This document shows, piece by piece, positions 1-8,776 of a stretch of 64,000 bases of DNA. A model generated the notes under the pieces. The model was not told the origin of the DNA, did not search any database, and saw nothing but the letters and a program-made list of their open reading frames with translations. The DNA comes from an uncultured Clostridia bacterium (GTDB lineage Bacteria; Bacillota; Clostridia; Christensenellales; Aristaeellaceae): positions 80,141 through 144,140 of the forward strand of contig CAKUFA010000001.1 of the NCBI GenBank assembly GCA_934647165.1. Direction: 5' to 3'. The position numbers and the translations under genes were made by a program. The first letter of the stretch is position 1. Each line of letters starts with the position of its first letter.

Positions 1-372
1 GACAAGGCGCCGGCATGCCCGAACTGCGGCGCACCGGTGGCAAACAAAAAGGTTCGGGTGCATTTTCACCGCAAAAAGAGCTTTGCGGGATGTGCAAACA
101 CCGGCATGGTTCTGGTGGACGGCACAATGGTTGGATCCGCGTCCAGCGGGGCTGATTTCAATGTGATGCTGACACCCGGCACCCACAATGTTGTGATTGA
201 CTACAAGCTCACCGGGGCGCTTGCATCCGGGCGATCCAGCAGTGCAAACATTGACGTGCCTGCGGATGCAAAGTGCGTTGATGTTGAAATTAAGCTGAAG
301 ACCGATGCAATGAGCTTCTTTGTTTCCGGCGGGCAAAGCATCGTGGTGGGCGAAGTGACAGTGCAGCGATAA
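1..372 (+). CDS. hypothetical protein, 5' partial; zinc-ribbon motif followed by a PEGA-like beta-sandwich region
   Basis: Frame 1 is open from base 1 (DKAPACPNCGAPV...), so the gene starts upstream of the window. The VLVDGTMVGS...LTPGTHNVVIDY stretch resembles a PEGA-type fold. Stop codon at 370-372. Confidence 0.5.
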   Translation, partial: DKAPACPNCGAPVANKKVRVHFHRKKSFAGCANTGMVLVDGTMVGSASSGADFNVMLTPGTHNVVIDYKLTGALASGRSSSANIDVPADAKCVDVEIKLKTDAMSFFVSGGQSIVVGEVTVQR

Positions 373-414
373 AAAATCCGCAAAAAAGATGACAGAACGG
401 AAGGAGAAAGAAAA

Positions 415-1191
415 ATGAAGAAGATTATTAGCTTGCTGCTTGCGATGGTGCTTGTGATGACAAGCGCGGCAGCCTTGGCGGATATGAGTGATTTGGACAG
501 ATTTGCTCCTTACACCAGCGTGGACATGGAAGTGTTCAAAAAAGCGGGGTGGGAATGCAGCTTTGATAACTTCAAGTTTAATGCGGAAATCTATCCGAAG
601 ACGCAGACCATTGAGTTTTTAGCTGATAAGGATGGCAGTAAGATACTTGGTGCGGGCAACTATAGCTCTGTTGCAACAACCTATCAAATCAGAATGGATT
701 TGAAAGTGATTTATAGTGCGGGAAGCTGCGTTGTGATTCCGCGATTCATTTTTGCACGGAGCGGCAGCAAGCCGTACTATGACGACCGTATGACGGATGT
801 CTATATCGTCAATGGCGAAAACCGCTATAACGTGGATGTGTCCGGATGCTCGCGCAGCAGCTCGTCGAAGTATTACACAGCAACGGATAGCTCCGTGGAG
901 CCGATGTACCTTGGGGGTATGCTGATGCTTCAGGATCTGGCAGAATATCCGCAGGGTGTGTTTGTCAAAATGGGCTCTTATACGGATAAGATATGGCTTG
1001 AAAACACCGATTTGGCAGCCATTAAGACATTCTATGAGACCTGCAAGGAAGCCGGCGTGTTTGAGCAGAGCTATCTGCAAAACCACAAAGACGACTACTC
1101 GATTATTACCCTGTTCAATGAAAATGGCGTGCAGGGCACGGAAAGCGCTTCCGATGACCTGAACACACCTGCGCCCACAGAAGATAACTGA
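415..1191 (+). CDS. secreted hypothetical protein (258 aa)
   Basis: RBS GGAAGGAG sits 8 nt upstream of the ATG. The N-terminal signal peptide MKKIISLLLAMVLVMTSAAALA|D has an AXA cleavage site. I recognise no family. Confidence 0.6.
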   Translation: MKKIISLLLAMVLVMTSAAALADMSDLDRFAPYTSVDMEVFKKAGWECSFDNFKFNAEIYPKTQTIEFLADKDGSKILGAGNYSSVATTYQIRMDLKVIYSAGSCVVIPRFIFARSGSKPYYDDRMTDVYIVNGENRYNVDVSGCSRSSSSKYYTATDSSVEPMYLGGMLMLQDLAEYPQGVFVKMGSYTDKIWLENTDLAAIKTFYETCKEAGVFEQSYLQNHKDDYSIITLFNENGVQGTESASDDLNTPAPTEDN

Positions 1192-1214
1192 GCGAAAAAA
1201 GGAGAGAGGAAAGC

Positions 1215-1682
1215 ATGGAAAAGCTGTTCTTTTCCAACACGGGAAAAAATGTCAAGTGGTTTGCCAAGGTGGAACTGGTGGCGGGTGCAATCGGCGCGGT
1301 GATTTCCGGCTTTGCAATGATGTTTAGCCAAAGCTTCTGGTGGGGCTTGCTGGTGCTGCTGGGAGGCATCCTCGGCGCATGGGTGTCGGCAACGATGATC
1401 TACGCGCTTGGGGAAGCGGCAGACAAGGAAAAGCAGCCGGAAACAATAAGCGGCAACCAGATTGTTGTTGCTAGCGATGGGAAAAAGTACAGCATTGAGA
1501 AAGGCTGGCTCTGCCCCAAATGCGGCAACCAAAATCCCAACAGCCGCATGAGCTGTAAGAACTGCGGCACACAAAAAGGAGAAGAGGTGCAGACTTTTCA
1601 GGATGGATGGACCTGCTCCAAATGCGGCAGCCACAACCCCAACAGCACTGTAAGCTGCAAGAACTGCGGAGCCTATAAATAA
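1215..1682 (+). CDS. membrane-anchored protein with two RanBP2-type Cys4 zinc fingers
   Basis: RBS AAGGAGAG. Two hydrophobic helices lie in residues about 20-65. These are followed by WLCPKCGNQNPNSRMSCKNCG and WTCSKCGSHNPNSTVSCKNCG, and both fit W-x-C-x2-C-x3-N-x6-C-x2-C. Confidence 0.65.
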   Translation: MEKLFFSNTGKNVKWFAKVELVAGAIGAVISGFAMMFSQSFWWGLLVLLGGILGAWVSATMIYALGEAADKEKQPETISGNQIVVASDGKKYSIEKGWLCPKCGNQNPNSRMSCKNCGTQKGEEVQTFQDGWTCSKCGSHNPNSTVSCKNCGAYK

Positions 1683-1702
1683 ACCGGCAGGGGGAACACG
1701 AA

Positions 1703-2257
1703 ATGAAAAAGATTGTTGCAGTGCTCCTTTGCGCGGCTTTGTTGGCCACATGCGCCATGGCTTTGGCTGAGAGCAATTCGGCTGCACCGGCGGACTATGC
1801 AGAGGAAATCTGGTATACCATGGCTGAAACCGGACATGCGAATAAGAACGTTATGTGGTCCATGCTCGGCATGTACTCCTTCGGAGAAAAAACAGGCGGA
1901 CCTGAAGGCTATGTGACGCTTAATAGCACAGAGGATGGAAAGGCCGTGCAGGGTGGGATTAGCTGGCGGATCTATCCGAAAAATGAGGAAGATGTGGCGG
2001 AGTATTTTTACTCCATGATGGAAACCCTGCTGGCCATGGTGGCAACGCCCGAAGATGCAGCCAATATCACCGTGTGGCTGAATGCATCGAAGGCGCCGGT
2101 ATTAGCAGCTTTTCAGCAGCAGGAACAATGGGTATCCGGCATCTTTGTGTTTGACAATGTGTCCCTGCAGCTACAATATGATCCCGAGCACAATGAGCTT
2201 TACACGTTGCTGGAAGCGATAAAGGACACGGAACATTTTCGCCTGAAAGCAAAGTAA
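1703..2257 (+). CDS. secreted hypothetical protein (184 aa)
   Basis: RBS AGGGGGAA. Signal peptide MKKIVAVLLCAALLATCAMALA|E. It lies 20 nt after the preceding gene. Confidence 0.6.
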   Translation: MKKIVAVLLCAALLATCAMALAESNSAAPADYAEEIWYTMAETGHANKNVMWSMLGMYSFGEKTGGPEGYVTLNSTEDGKAVQGGISWRIYPKNEEDVAEYFYSMMETLLAMVATPEDAANITVWLNASKAPVLAAFQQQEQWVSGIFVFDNVSLQLQYDPEHNELYTLLEAIKDTEHFRLKAK

Positions 2258-2288
2258 GGAAACGAACGGGGAAAAGGAGGAAATACAA

Positions 2289-2933
2289 ATGAAAAGATTT
2301 TTCTTGGCCATTGTTTTGATCCTTTCGTTGCTGTGCGTGTCATTCTCTGCTATGGCGCAGGATTATACGTATCTGGATGGCATGTCTCTTGAAGAAATGC
2401 TAGCCTTACAAAAGGAGTTGGAAGGACGAATCAGCACCGCAAAGGCGGCTGCGGGTGCTTCAGATCCCACGAACACGGGCATTTGGGAGCTGCGGTATTA
2501 CGTGGATGAGTTCAACAACCCCACAACGAGTGGATACATGACAACGAAAGACTATGTGCTAGGAACGTTCAGCAATTCAGCCACAACAAACTCTACCCTG
2601 TATGTGATTTGGTTGATTGACAAGGATAGCGTTGCCATCAAGCTGGCTGAATATGGAAGGAATGTGGTCAAAAGCTCTTATGACAAAACAAACTACGATA
2701 TCCTGATGCTTGACCCGGATGGCAAAAAGGTATCCATGACAGGAACCATGTATAAGGGCGGTGATCGAATCTATATCGACAGCGGATATGAAAACAAGGT
2801 GCTGGACGCTTTGGCAAGAAACGGAAGCGTGACCTTCAAGATCACGGAAAAAGGGAAATATGCTTCCTCCAGCTATTTGTTCAAGATGGAAGATACGTCC
2901 TATTTCTCCAATGCGTACAATCAGCTGAAATGA
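2289..2933 (+). CDS. secreted hypothetical protein (214 aa)
   Basis: RBS AAAGGAGG. Signal peptide MKRFFLAIVLILSLLCVSFSAMA|Q. It is the last gene of the co-directional cluster. Confidence 0.6.
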   Translation: MKRFFLAIVLILSLLCVSFSAMAQDYTYLDGMSLEEMLALQKELEGRISTAKAAAGASDPTNTGIWELRYYVDEFNNPTTSGYMTTKDYVLGTFSNSATTNSTLYVIWLIDKDSVAIKLAEYGRNVVKSSYDKTNYDILMLDPDGKKVSMTGTMYKGGDRIYIDSGYENKVLDALARNGSVTFKITEKGKYASSSYLFKMEDTSYFSNAYNQLK

Positions 2934-3045
2934 TAGCGGCCATCAAAAAGGAGCTCACCCTTTCGCGTTGTTTTGTCAAGGGTGTTTACACATTTCTTAC
3001 CGGCAACTGATCGCAACACAAAAGATGGTTGATAGACTCAGACAT

Positions 3046-3342
3046 TCATAACGAAATACCGCCAGCACACAGTTTTATTGTGCTCGCGGTATTATTTATC
3101 TGATTAAATCCTTTTAACAATCCATCCTTTGTAAACAGTCTTTTTAATGTACTGTCGCTCTTTTCTTCATACATTTCGCCCTCATAGGTTCCGGCGGTCA
3201 TAATATGCAGACCAAAGAACCCGATGGAGTTCATCGGAATGGCTTTGCCAAAAACTTCATTACCGCCTGCCATGTTTACACCGGCAGTATGCCCCTGCAT
3301 ATAGGCATTTGGCAGAATATACAGCGGAGGTTTTTTGTGCGA
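3046..3342 (-). pseudogene. 3' fragment of an FAD/NAD(P) pyridine-nucleotide-disulfide oxidoreductase (C-terminal dimerisation region only)
   Basis: The ...PLYILPNAYMQGHTAGVNMAGG...IPMNSIGFFGLHIMTAG... stretch matches the C-terminal part of NADH-oxidase/CoA-disulfide-reductase-like flavoproteins. The frame opens only at 3342 (TAG at 3343-3345). There is no Rossmann N-terminus, no RBS and no plausible start. Confidence 0.5.
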
Positions 3343-3510
3343 CTAATTCGCCGTCGGCAGACGGTAATCGAAAGCTGGCGACATGTGCGGCAGCTTTCGT
3401 GCGTTCTCGTCAGAGAACGCTTCCTTACGCGAAGGCGCGACCGGGAGGCTGACCCGTCAGCCGACCAGCACCGCAGCGCAGATCTCATAAGGATTTTGCA
3501 AGCAAAATTC

Positions 3511-4443
3511 TTATGACCTGGCGTTAGCCAGGGCCATCATGCATGCGCCGTCGCAGGCATCTTTTTCGGGGAGAATGATCTTGGCGGCAGGATACTTGGC
3601 CTTCACGTTTTCCGTGAAGTACTGAAGGTGCAGCTTGCTCTTCACCAGCGCGCTGCCCCATACGCCTACGCGCAGCTCCTCTTCCTCGTCCAGGTGCAAA
3701 AGGCGGATCACCTCGTCCGCCAGGGTGGACGTGCACTTTGCCGCGTCCTTCAGGATGTCCAGCGCGTAGGGATCGCCGCCCAGCGCCGCCTGGTTCACCT
3801 CCACCGACAGAGAGGGCGTGGTCCACGGTGGCGTGGCGATTTCCGTGGCGAAGAGCATCAGATCCTTGCGGCCTAGGTTGCCCAGCTTGACCCGGATCAG
3901 GCCGATCAGCGGCGTTTCCTCCACGCACCCGTCCAGGAAGCGGGAATAATGGAACAGCGCCTTGCGAGTAATGTAAGAGCCGGAGCCCTCATCACTGAGG
4001 ATGGTGAAGAGCCATCCGCCCACACGGGCGCTTTCGCCCTTGGAGTTGCGGCCAAAGGCAATGCTGCCCGTGCCGGAAATCACCAGCGCGCCCACGCCGC
4101 CGGTCACCGCATAGTGGGTCATTTCGCCGTCGTTCAGGCAGGTGATGGGGCAGGAAAAGCCGGGCAGCGCCTTGTAGATGCGCAGCACGATCTCCTCATC
4201 CTCCGGGGAGTCAATGCCGCTCACCGCCGCCGCGATGGCCAGGCAGTCCTCTCTCCTGCCGTCGAACAGGGCCAGAATGGCGTCCATGTTCAGGTTGATC
4301 CGGCGGATGGTCTCCTCCTCGCCCAGCTGATAATGCCGGCAGGGGATGCCCTCATACTCCGCCAGCACCTGGCCCTCCAGGCTCATGGCCCGCACCTTGA
4401 AGGCCGTGCCGCCGCTGTCCACACCCAGGATGTACTTCTTCAT
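3511..4443 (-). CDS. BadF/BadG/BcrA/BcrD-type ATPase, N-acetylglucosamine-kinase-like sugar kinase
   Basis: The N-terminus ILGVDSGGTAFKV carries the ASKHA phosphate-1 motif, and GALVISGTGSIAFG carries phosphate-2. It is the last gene of the minus-strand operon. Confidence 0.8.
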   Translation of the reverse strand: MKKYILGVDSGGTAFKVRAMSLEGQVLAEYEGIPCRHYQLGEEETIRRINLNMDAILALFDGRREDCLAIAAAVSGIDSPEDEEIVLRIYKALPGFSCPITCLNDGEMTHYAVTGGVGALVISGTGSIAFGRNSKGESARVGGWLFTILSDEGSGSYITRKALFHYSRFLDGCVEETPLIGLIRVKLGNLGRKDLMLFATEIATPPWTTPSLSVEVNQAALGGDPYALDILKDAAKCTSTLADEVIRLLHLDEEEELRVGVWGSALVKSKLHLQYFTENVKAKYPAAKIILPEKDACDGACMMALANARS

Positions 4444-4455
4444 ACGCTCACATCC

Positions 4456-5526
4456 TTATCGCTTTGCTTTCATCTTGACCAGATCGTCAAACTTGCGGAA
4501 CTGCGCCATGCCCTTGTTCACCGTGCCCAGATTCACCGGCACTTCGGAAGAAATGAACTGGGGCAGCAGGATCACCTCAAAGGGCACGGTGGCGTCGTCG
4601 CCGGAGGTCACCAGGTTCAGCACATGCTCGCCCCGAATGGCTTCATCGCCGGTGATGATATAGGCACAGCCGTTCATCTCCTGATGGGCCTGAGCTACCT
4701 TGAGCATGCGCTCCTTGTCCCCGTCCTCGGCGATCATGTAGAAGCCGGCCATGCTGTCGTCAATGGCGCACAGGGGGCCGTGGAGGTATTCTTCGTATTC
4801 GTAGTGGATGGCGGGCACCAGCAGGGTTTCCAGTACCTTCAGAGCACCTTCCTTGGCCATTTCGCCGCCTACGCCCTTGCCCACAAAGGCCATCTTCTGC
4901 ATTTTGCTGAAGGCGTCCAGGTGCTTCATGGTGAAGGCGTCGGTGCGAGCGATATTCTCCCGGCAGTCTTCCGGCACCCGGGAGAACATCTCCACATGGG
5001 CGGCGTAGGTATCCGCATCCATTTTCCCGGACAGGAAGCCCGCCTCCAGCGCCAGCAGGCTGAAGGTGTAGATGGTGGCCGTGTAACCCATGGTCTTTGG
5101 GCCCACGGTTTCCACCCGGCAGCCGATGGGCAGGCGGCGGTCACACATGGTATTGATGGTGCACTGCTCCTTACCGGTCACAGCGATGAGCGGATACTGC
5201 TTCAGCGCGTTGATGGCGGCAATGGTATTGGTGGATTCGCCTCCCTGGGACACGGCCATGATCATCGGCCGTGCAGCGCGGATAGCAGGCACCTGGGAGG
5301 GGCAGTGCACGGTGACGTCCACGTCCATAGCGCGGCTCATGTACACGCTGGCCGCGCAGCTGGCATTGTAGGAGCTGCCGCTGGCGATGATGTACACATG
5401 GTCAGGCTGCACCTGCTGGTAGAAGGCCAGGAAGTCCTTCAGGCTTTCCTGACGGTTGTCGAAAATCTCCTGCATGGTTTCCGGCTGCAGGAGGATATAG
5501 TCCATCATGGTCATGTGCTGATTCAT
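4456..5526 (-). CDS. double-SIS-domain sugar-phosphate isomerase/deglycase (GlmS isomerase-domain-like)
   Basis: The protein is 356 aa. YIIASGSSYNAS and AVSQGGESTNT are SIS motifs. A second SIS half contains EGALKVLE...EYLHGP. Confidence 0.8.
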   Translation of the reverse strand: MNQHMTMMDYILLQPETMQEIFDNRQESLKDFLAFYQQVQPDHVYIIASGSSYNASCAASVYMSRAMDVDVTVHCPSQVPAIRAARPMIMAVSQGGESTNTIAAINALKQYPLIAVTGKEQCTINTMCDRRLPIGCRVETVGPKTMGYTATIYTFSLLALEAGFLSGKMDADTYAAHVEMFSRVPEDCRENIARTDAFTMKHLDAFSKMQKMAFVGKGVGGEMAKEGALKVLETLLVPAIHYEYEEYLHGPLCAIDDSMAGFYMIAEDGDKERMLKVAQAHQEMNGCAYIITGDEAIRGEHVLNLVTSGDDATVPFEVILLPQFISSEVPVNLGTVNKGMAQFRKFDDLVKMKAKR

Positions 5527-5626
5527 TTACTTTCTCCCCTTCACGGGTCGCGGCCCCTGTATTGATTGTATCGCAAAACAAATATCAAAACAAGGGGGAC
5601 AGATTCGCTCCCCCTTGTTTTATGCC

Positions 5627-6451
5627 TTATTCCTCCGCAATGGCGTGGCCGAAAGCGCCGTAGTGGCCGCAGCAGCGGGCCGCATAGGCGCTGCCCTCGT
5701 TTGCAGCGTCAGCCAGATCGCCGCCGTTGGCATGATACCTGGCCAGGAACGCCGCGATGAAGGAGTCGCCTGCACCCAGGGCGTCCACCACCTGCGCGGC
5801 GTGGGCTTCCTGTCGATGCTCCCGGCCCTTCTCCAGCAGGTAGGAGCCACGCAAACCCATGGTGACCACGGCAGTCTTGGCGCCATTGTCCACCGCAGCC
5901 TTGGCCAGGGTACGGACTTCCTCCTCGCTCTTGTCGCCTCCGGAGAAGAACGCAAACCGCAGCAGCGGGCACAGCTGACCCATGTTGATGCGGGTATACT
6001 CGCCGGAGAAATCCATGGAGAGAGGCGCCCAGCGGCTCATGGCCACATGGTACATGTCCAGCCAGCTGTGAATGGAGGTATGCACCAGGTCGTACTGCTC
6101 CATCATGGCGTAGTCCACCGGGGTAAGCATCAGCATGGACTGATACTGGGCGGTTTCGCGGCCATTGTTGCCCACAAAGTGTCTGTCGCCCTGCTCGTCG
6201 ATCTCAATGTAGTTGCGGGCGGTGACGCCGTGCATCATGCGCACACGACTCACGTCCAGCCCTTCCTCGTCCAGTGCCTTCAGAAAGTGCCTGCCCTCCC
6301 GGTCATCGGCAATCAGGCCGATATAGCCGGTTTCGCTGCCATCGTAGCGGCGAGCGAGCACGGGCACGTTCACGCTGTTGCCGCCGGGATACAGTTCCTT
6401 GCGCCAGCGGTAATGATCAAATACGTTGTCGCCAATACCCAGCAGTTTCAT
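5627..6451 (-). CDS. frlD: PfkB-family kinase, fructoselysine 6-kinase (FrlD)-like
   Basis: MKLLGIGDNVFDHY...GGNSVNVPV at the N-terminus and GAGDSFIAAF near the C-terminus align along the whole length with my recollection of E. coli FrlD. The start ATG shares one base with the upstream stop (TGATG). Confidence 0.75.
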   Translation of the reverse strand: MKLLGIGDNVFDHYRWRKELYPGGNSVNVPVLARRYDGSETGYIGLIADDREGRHFLKALDEEGLDVSRVRMMHGVTARNYIEIDEQGDRHFVGNNGRETAQYQSMLMLTPVDYAMMEQYDLVHTSIHSWLDMYHVAMSRWAPLSMDFSGEYTRINMGQLCPLLRFAFFSGGDKSEEEVRTLAKAAVDNGAKTAVVTMGLRGSYLLEKGREHRQEAHAAQVVDALGAGDSFIAAFLARYHANGGDLADAANEGSAYAARCCGHYGAFGHAIAEE

Positions 6452-7446
6452 CAGTATTTCTCCACTCCCATATAGCGTCGAGAGGAAACTGGATGGCCCA
6501 TCACATAGGACATCTCGTCAATATACAGCGCACACAGACGGTTCAGCACCAGCGTGGAGGCAATCTCCCGCAGGTAAGCAGGATACTCGCTCATGTCCAG
6601 CGCATTGGCGTCCAGCACAATCAGCTTCTTTGTCTTGCGCAGCAGGAACTTCACCACGCGCTCTTCCAGGCTGCGGGTCTTGCCCATGCCCATGAGCACC
6701 AGCACCGTGGTGGTATTGTCCACCGCCTCGCAGGCGCCGTGGAAGAATTCGCCCGCATGGATGGGAGAAGAGTGCTTCCACAGGGACTCCATCACCAGGC
6801 AGTTGGTCATCACATAGCCTACGCAGCTGTTCAGACCAGCGGTGATGGTATAGATCAGATCCTCATGCCGGTACTCCGCTGCAAACTTGCGGGCAGCGTC
6901 CAGGTACTGCTCGCAGGCCTTGTCCATGGTGCCCTGCAGGCGCAGCATGGCCTCGTTGACCTCGCCCAGGCAGGAGGTGCCGTTCAGGGTATCCAGCAGC
7001 GCCCAGGTCAGCTTCACCACTTCGGGGAAGATGGTCAGCACGGCGGGGAAGGGATCGGCAGGATTGTCATAATAGTAAATGATCTGCTCCACGGTCTTTT
7101 CGATGGCGGAGCCGGGGGCCGTGGTGAAAGCCGTGGTCAGCGCGCCGCGTTCGGCAGCCAGCCTGGCAGCTGCAACCGTCTCAGCGGTACCGCCGCTTTG
7201 GGAGTTGAGCACCACCAGGGTCTTTTCGTTCAGCCGTACAGGGGGATCAGCCACAAACTCCGCAGCGTTATAACTTTCAGCGAACACCTTGTCCGTCTCC
7301 CGCTGCAGGGTATACTTGCCGGGTTGCAGCGTGGCCAGAGAGCCGCCGCAAGCTACAAAATACACCTGCTCGATCTCCCTTTCCTTCACCATCTCCATCA
7401 GCTGCTGAATCTGGCTGTCCACCAGACGCACCTTTTCCTCGTGCAT
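6451..7446 (-). CDS. frlB: SIS-domain fructoselysine-6-phosphate deglycase (FrlB)-like
   Basis: IEQVYFVACGGSLATL, NSQSGGTAET and the C-terminal SRRYMGVEKY mirror FrlB. I place the start at the ATG at 7446, preceded by GGGAGGAG. The 54-codon extension in the track (to 7608) has no RBS. Confidence 0.8.
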   Translation of the reverse strand: MHEEKVRLVDSQIQQLMEMVKEREIEQVYFVACGGSLATLQPGKYTLQRETDKVFAESYNAAEFVADPPVRLNEKTLVVLNSQSGGTAETVAAARLAAERGALTTAFTTAPGSAIEKTVEQIIYYYDNPADPFPAVLTIFPEVVKLTWALLDTLNGTSCLGEVNEAMLRLQGTMDKACEQYLDAARKFAAEYRHEDLIYTITAGLNSCVGYVMTNCLVMESLWKHSSPIHAGEFFHGACEAVDNTTTVLVLMGMGKTRSLEERVVKFLLRKTKKLIVLDANALDMSEYPAYLREIASTLVLNRLCALYIDEMSYVMGHPVSSRRYMGVEKY

Positions 7447-7633
7447 TATGATCTCCTCCCAAATTATTAAATGTGCTTTAGTATTTGTTTTTATCTTATC
7501 ACTTCCCGCCCGGGAAGTCAATCTTTTTCCGAAAAAAACTGAATAATCTTTTCGCAGGGCATTTGACGATTTGCAGTCATGATGGTATGATAAAGAACAG
7601 CGCAACAATCCTCACTGCTGGAGGTTATCCGTC

Positions 7634-8776
7634 ATGATCGATCCCGCCGCGCGCCGCAGAAATTCCCGCCGGATGGTATTTGACCTGATCCGCGAGCGCC
7701 AAAAGCTCAGCCGGGCTCAGCTGGCCCGAGAAACAAACATGAGCTTCCCTACCGTCATGAAGGTGGTGGATGAGTTCATCGCCAAAGGGCTGCTGCGGGA
7801 ACTGGAGGAAATCGAGCCCATGGACGGCGCAGGCCGCCGCGGACACATGCTGAAGTTCGAGCCCGGCGCTTACCGGGCCATCGGCGTGGAATGCGAGGGC
7901 CGCTATGCCCATGTGGGCATGACGGACATGACCGGCAGCGTGCTGGTGCGGGAAACCATCGAACTGGGTGACTTTGCCCGCACCCGTGACCTGACGCCCC
8001 TGAGCGAGGCCATTGCGGGCATGGTGCGCCAGACCGGCAGCGCCGACGTGCTGGGCGGGTGCATCGGCTTCCCTGCCAATATGGATCCCCAGGCCGGCGC
8101 CATCGTCAGCTACAGCGACATGGGCCTGACGCAGCCTACGCCCTTTTGCGAGATATTCCCCGACTTCTGTCAGGGACTGCATATGCCCCTGCTGGTGGAA
8201 AACGACGTGAACATCGCCTGCGAGGGCGAAGCCTTCCTGCGCCAGCAGAGCGGCCAGGGCAAGGATATGCTGTACATGTCCCTGGGTACCGGCTGCGGCG
8301 GCGCCCTTCGCATGAACGGCAAGCTCCAGCGGGGCGCACGCTGCCGCCTGGGTGAGGTCGGCTACATGCTGCTGCATCCTGCGCTGGGGGCGCCCCGGCG
8401 CGGACAGCCCCAGGACACCCTGGAGCGCGCCGTCTGCCTGCAGACGCTGGAGGAGCGCTTCGGCGTCCGCCTGCACGACGGGGCCCGCCTGAGCGACGAA
8501 ACCGCCGCTGCCCTGCGGGACTACCTGTTGCCCCTGCTCTCCGGCGCTATATATAACCTGGTCATGACCCTGGATCTGGATCTGTGCGTGCTGGCAGGCA
8601 TTATCCCCACACTGCTGGGGCCGCAGCTGCACCAGCAGATCTCCGACGCCCTGTGCGCCGCCTTGCCCGAGGAGGCTCCCGTGTGTGTGGAAACCGCCTT
8701 CAGCCAAGACGCGGGCATCATCGGCGCCGCCGCCACGGTCTTCAGCCGTCAGCTGGACGCTGTGCTGGAGAGGTGA
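7634..8776 (+). CDS. ROK-family transcriptional regulator
   Basis: An N-terminal winged HTH (LSRAQLARETNMSFPTVMKVVDEFIAKGLL) is followed by a ROK sugar-kinase-like fold. It is divergent from the frl-like operon. RBS GGAGG. Confidence 0.85.
   Translation: MIDPAARRRNSRRMVFDLIRERQKLSRAQLARETNMSFPTVMKVVDEFIAKGLLRELEEIEPMDGAGRRGHMLKFEPGAYRAIGVECEGRYAHVGMTDMTGSVLVRETIELGDFARTRDLTPLSEAIAGMVRQTGSADVLGGCIGFPANMDPQAGAIVSYSDMGLTQPTPFCEIFPDFCQGLHMPLLVENDVNIACEGEAFLRQQSGQGKDMLYMSLGTGCGGALRMNGKLQRGARCRLGEVGYMLLHPALGAPRRGQPQDTLERAVCLQTLEERFGVRLHDGARLSDETAAALRDYLLPLLSGAIYNLVMTLDLDLCVLAGIIPTLLGPQLHQQISDALCAALPEEAPVCVETAFSQDAGIIGAAATVFSRQLDAVLER

Noticed and set aside
3949-5565. 538-aa plus-strand ORF covering the BadF-kinase and SIS genes
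   Set aside because: It lies antisense to two genes that have clear family motifs and RBSs. Its translation is His/Ala/Gly/Leu-rich low-complexity sequence, typical of shadow ORFs in GC-rich DNA. It has no RBS.
6451-7608. 54-codon N-terminal extension of the frlB-like ORF
   Set aside because: The extension runs through the AT-rich divergent promoter region and has no RBS. The internal ATG at 7446 has a perfect GGGAGGAG site and matches the FrlB N-terminus.
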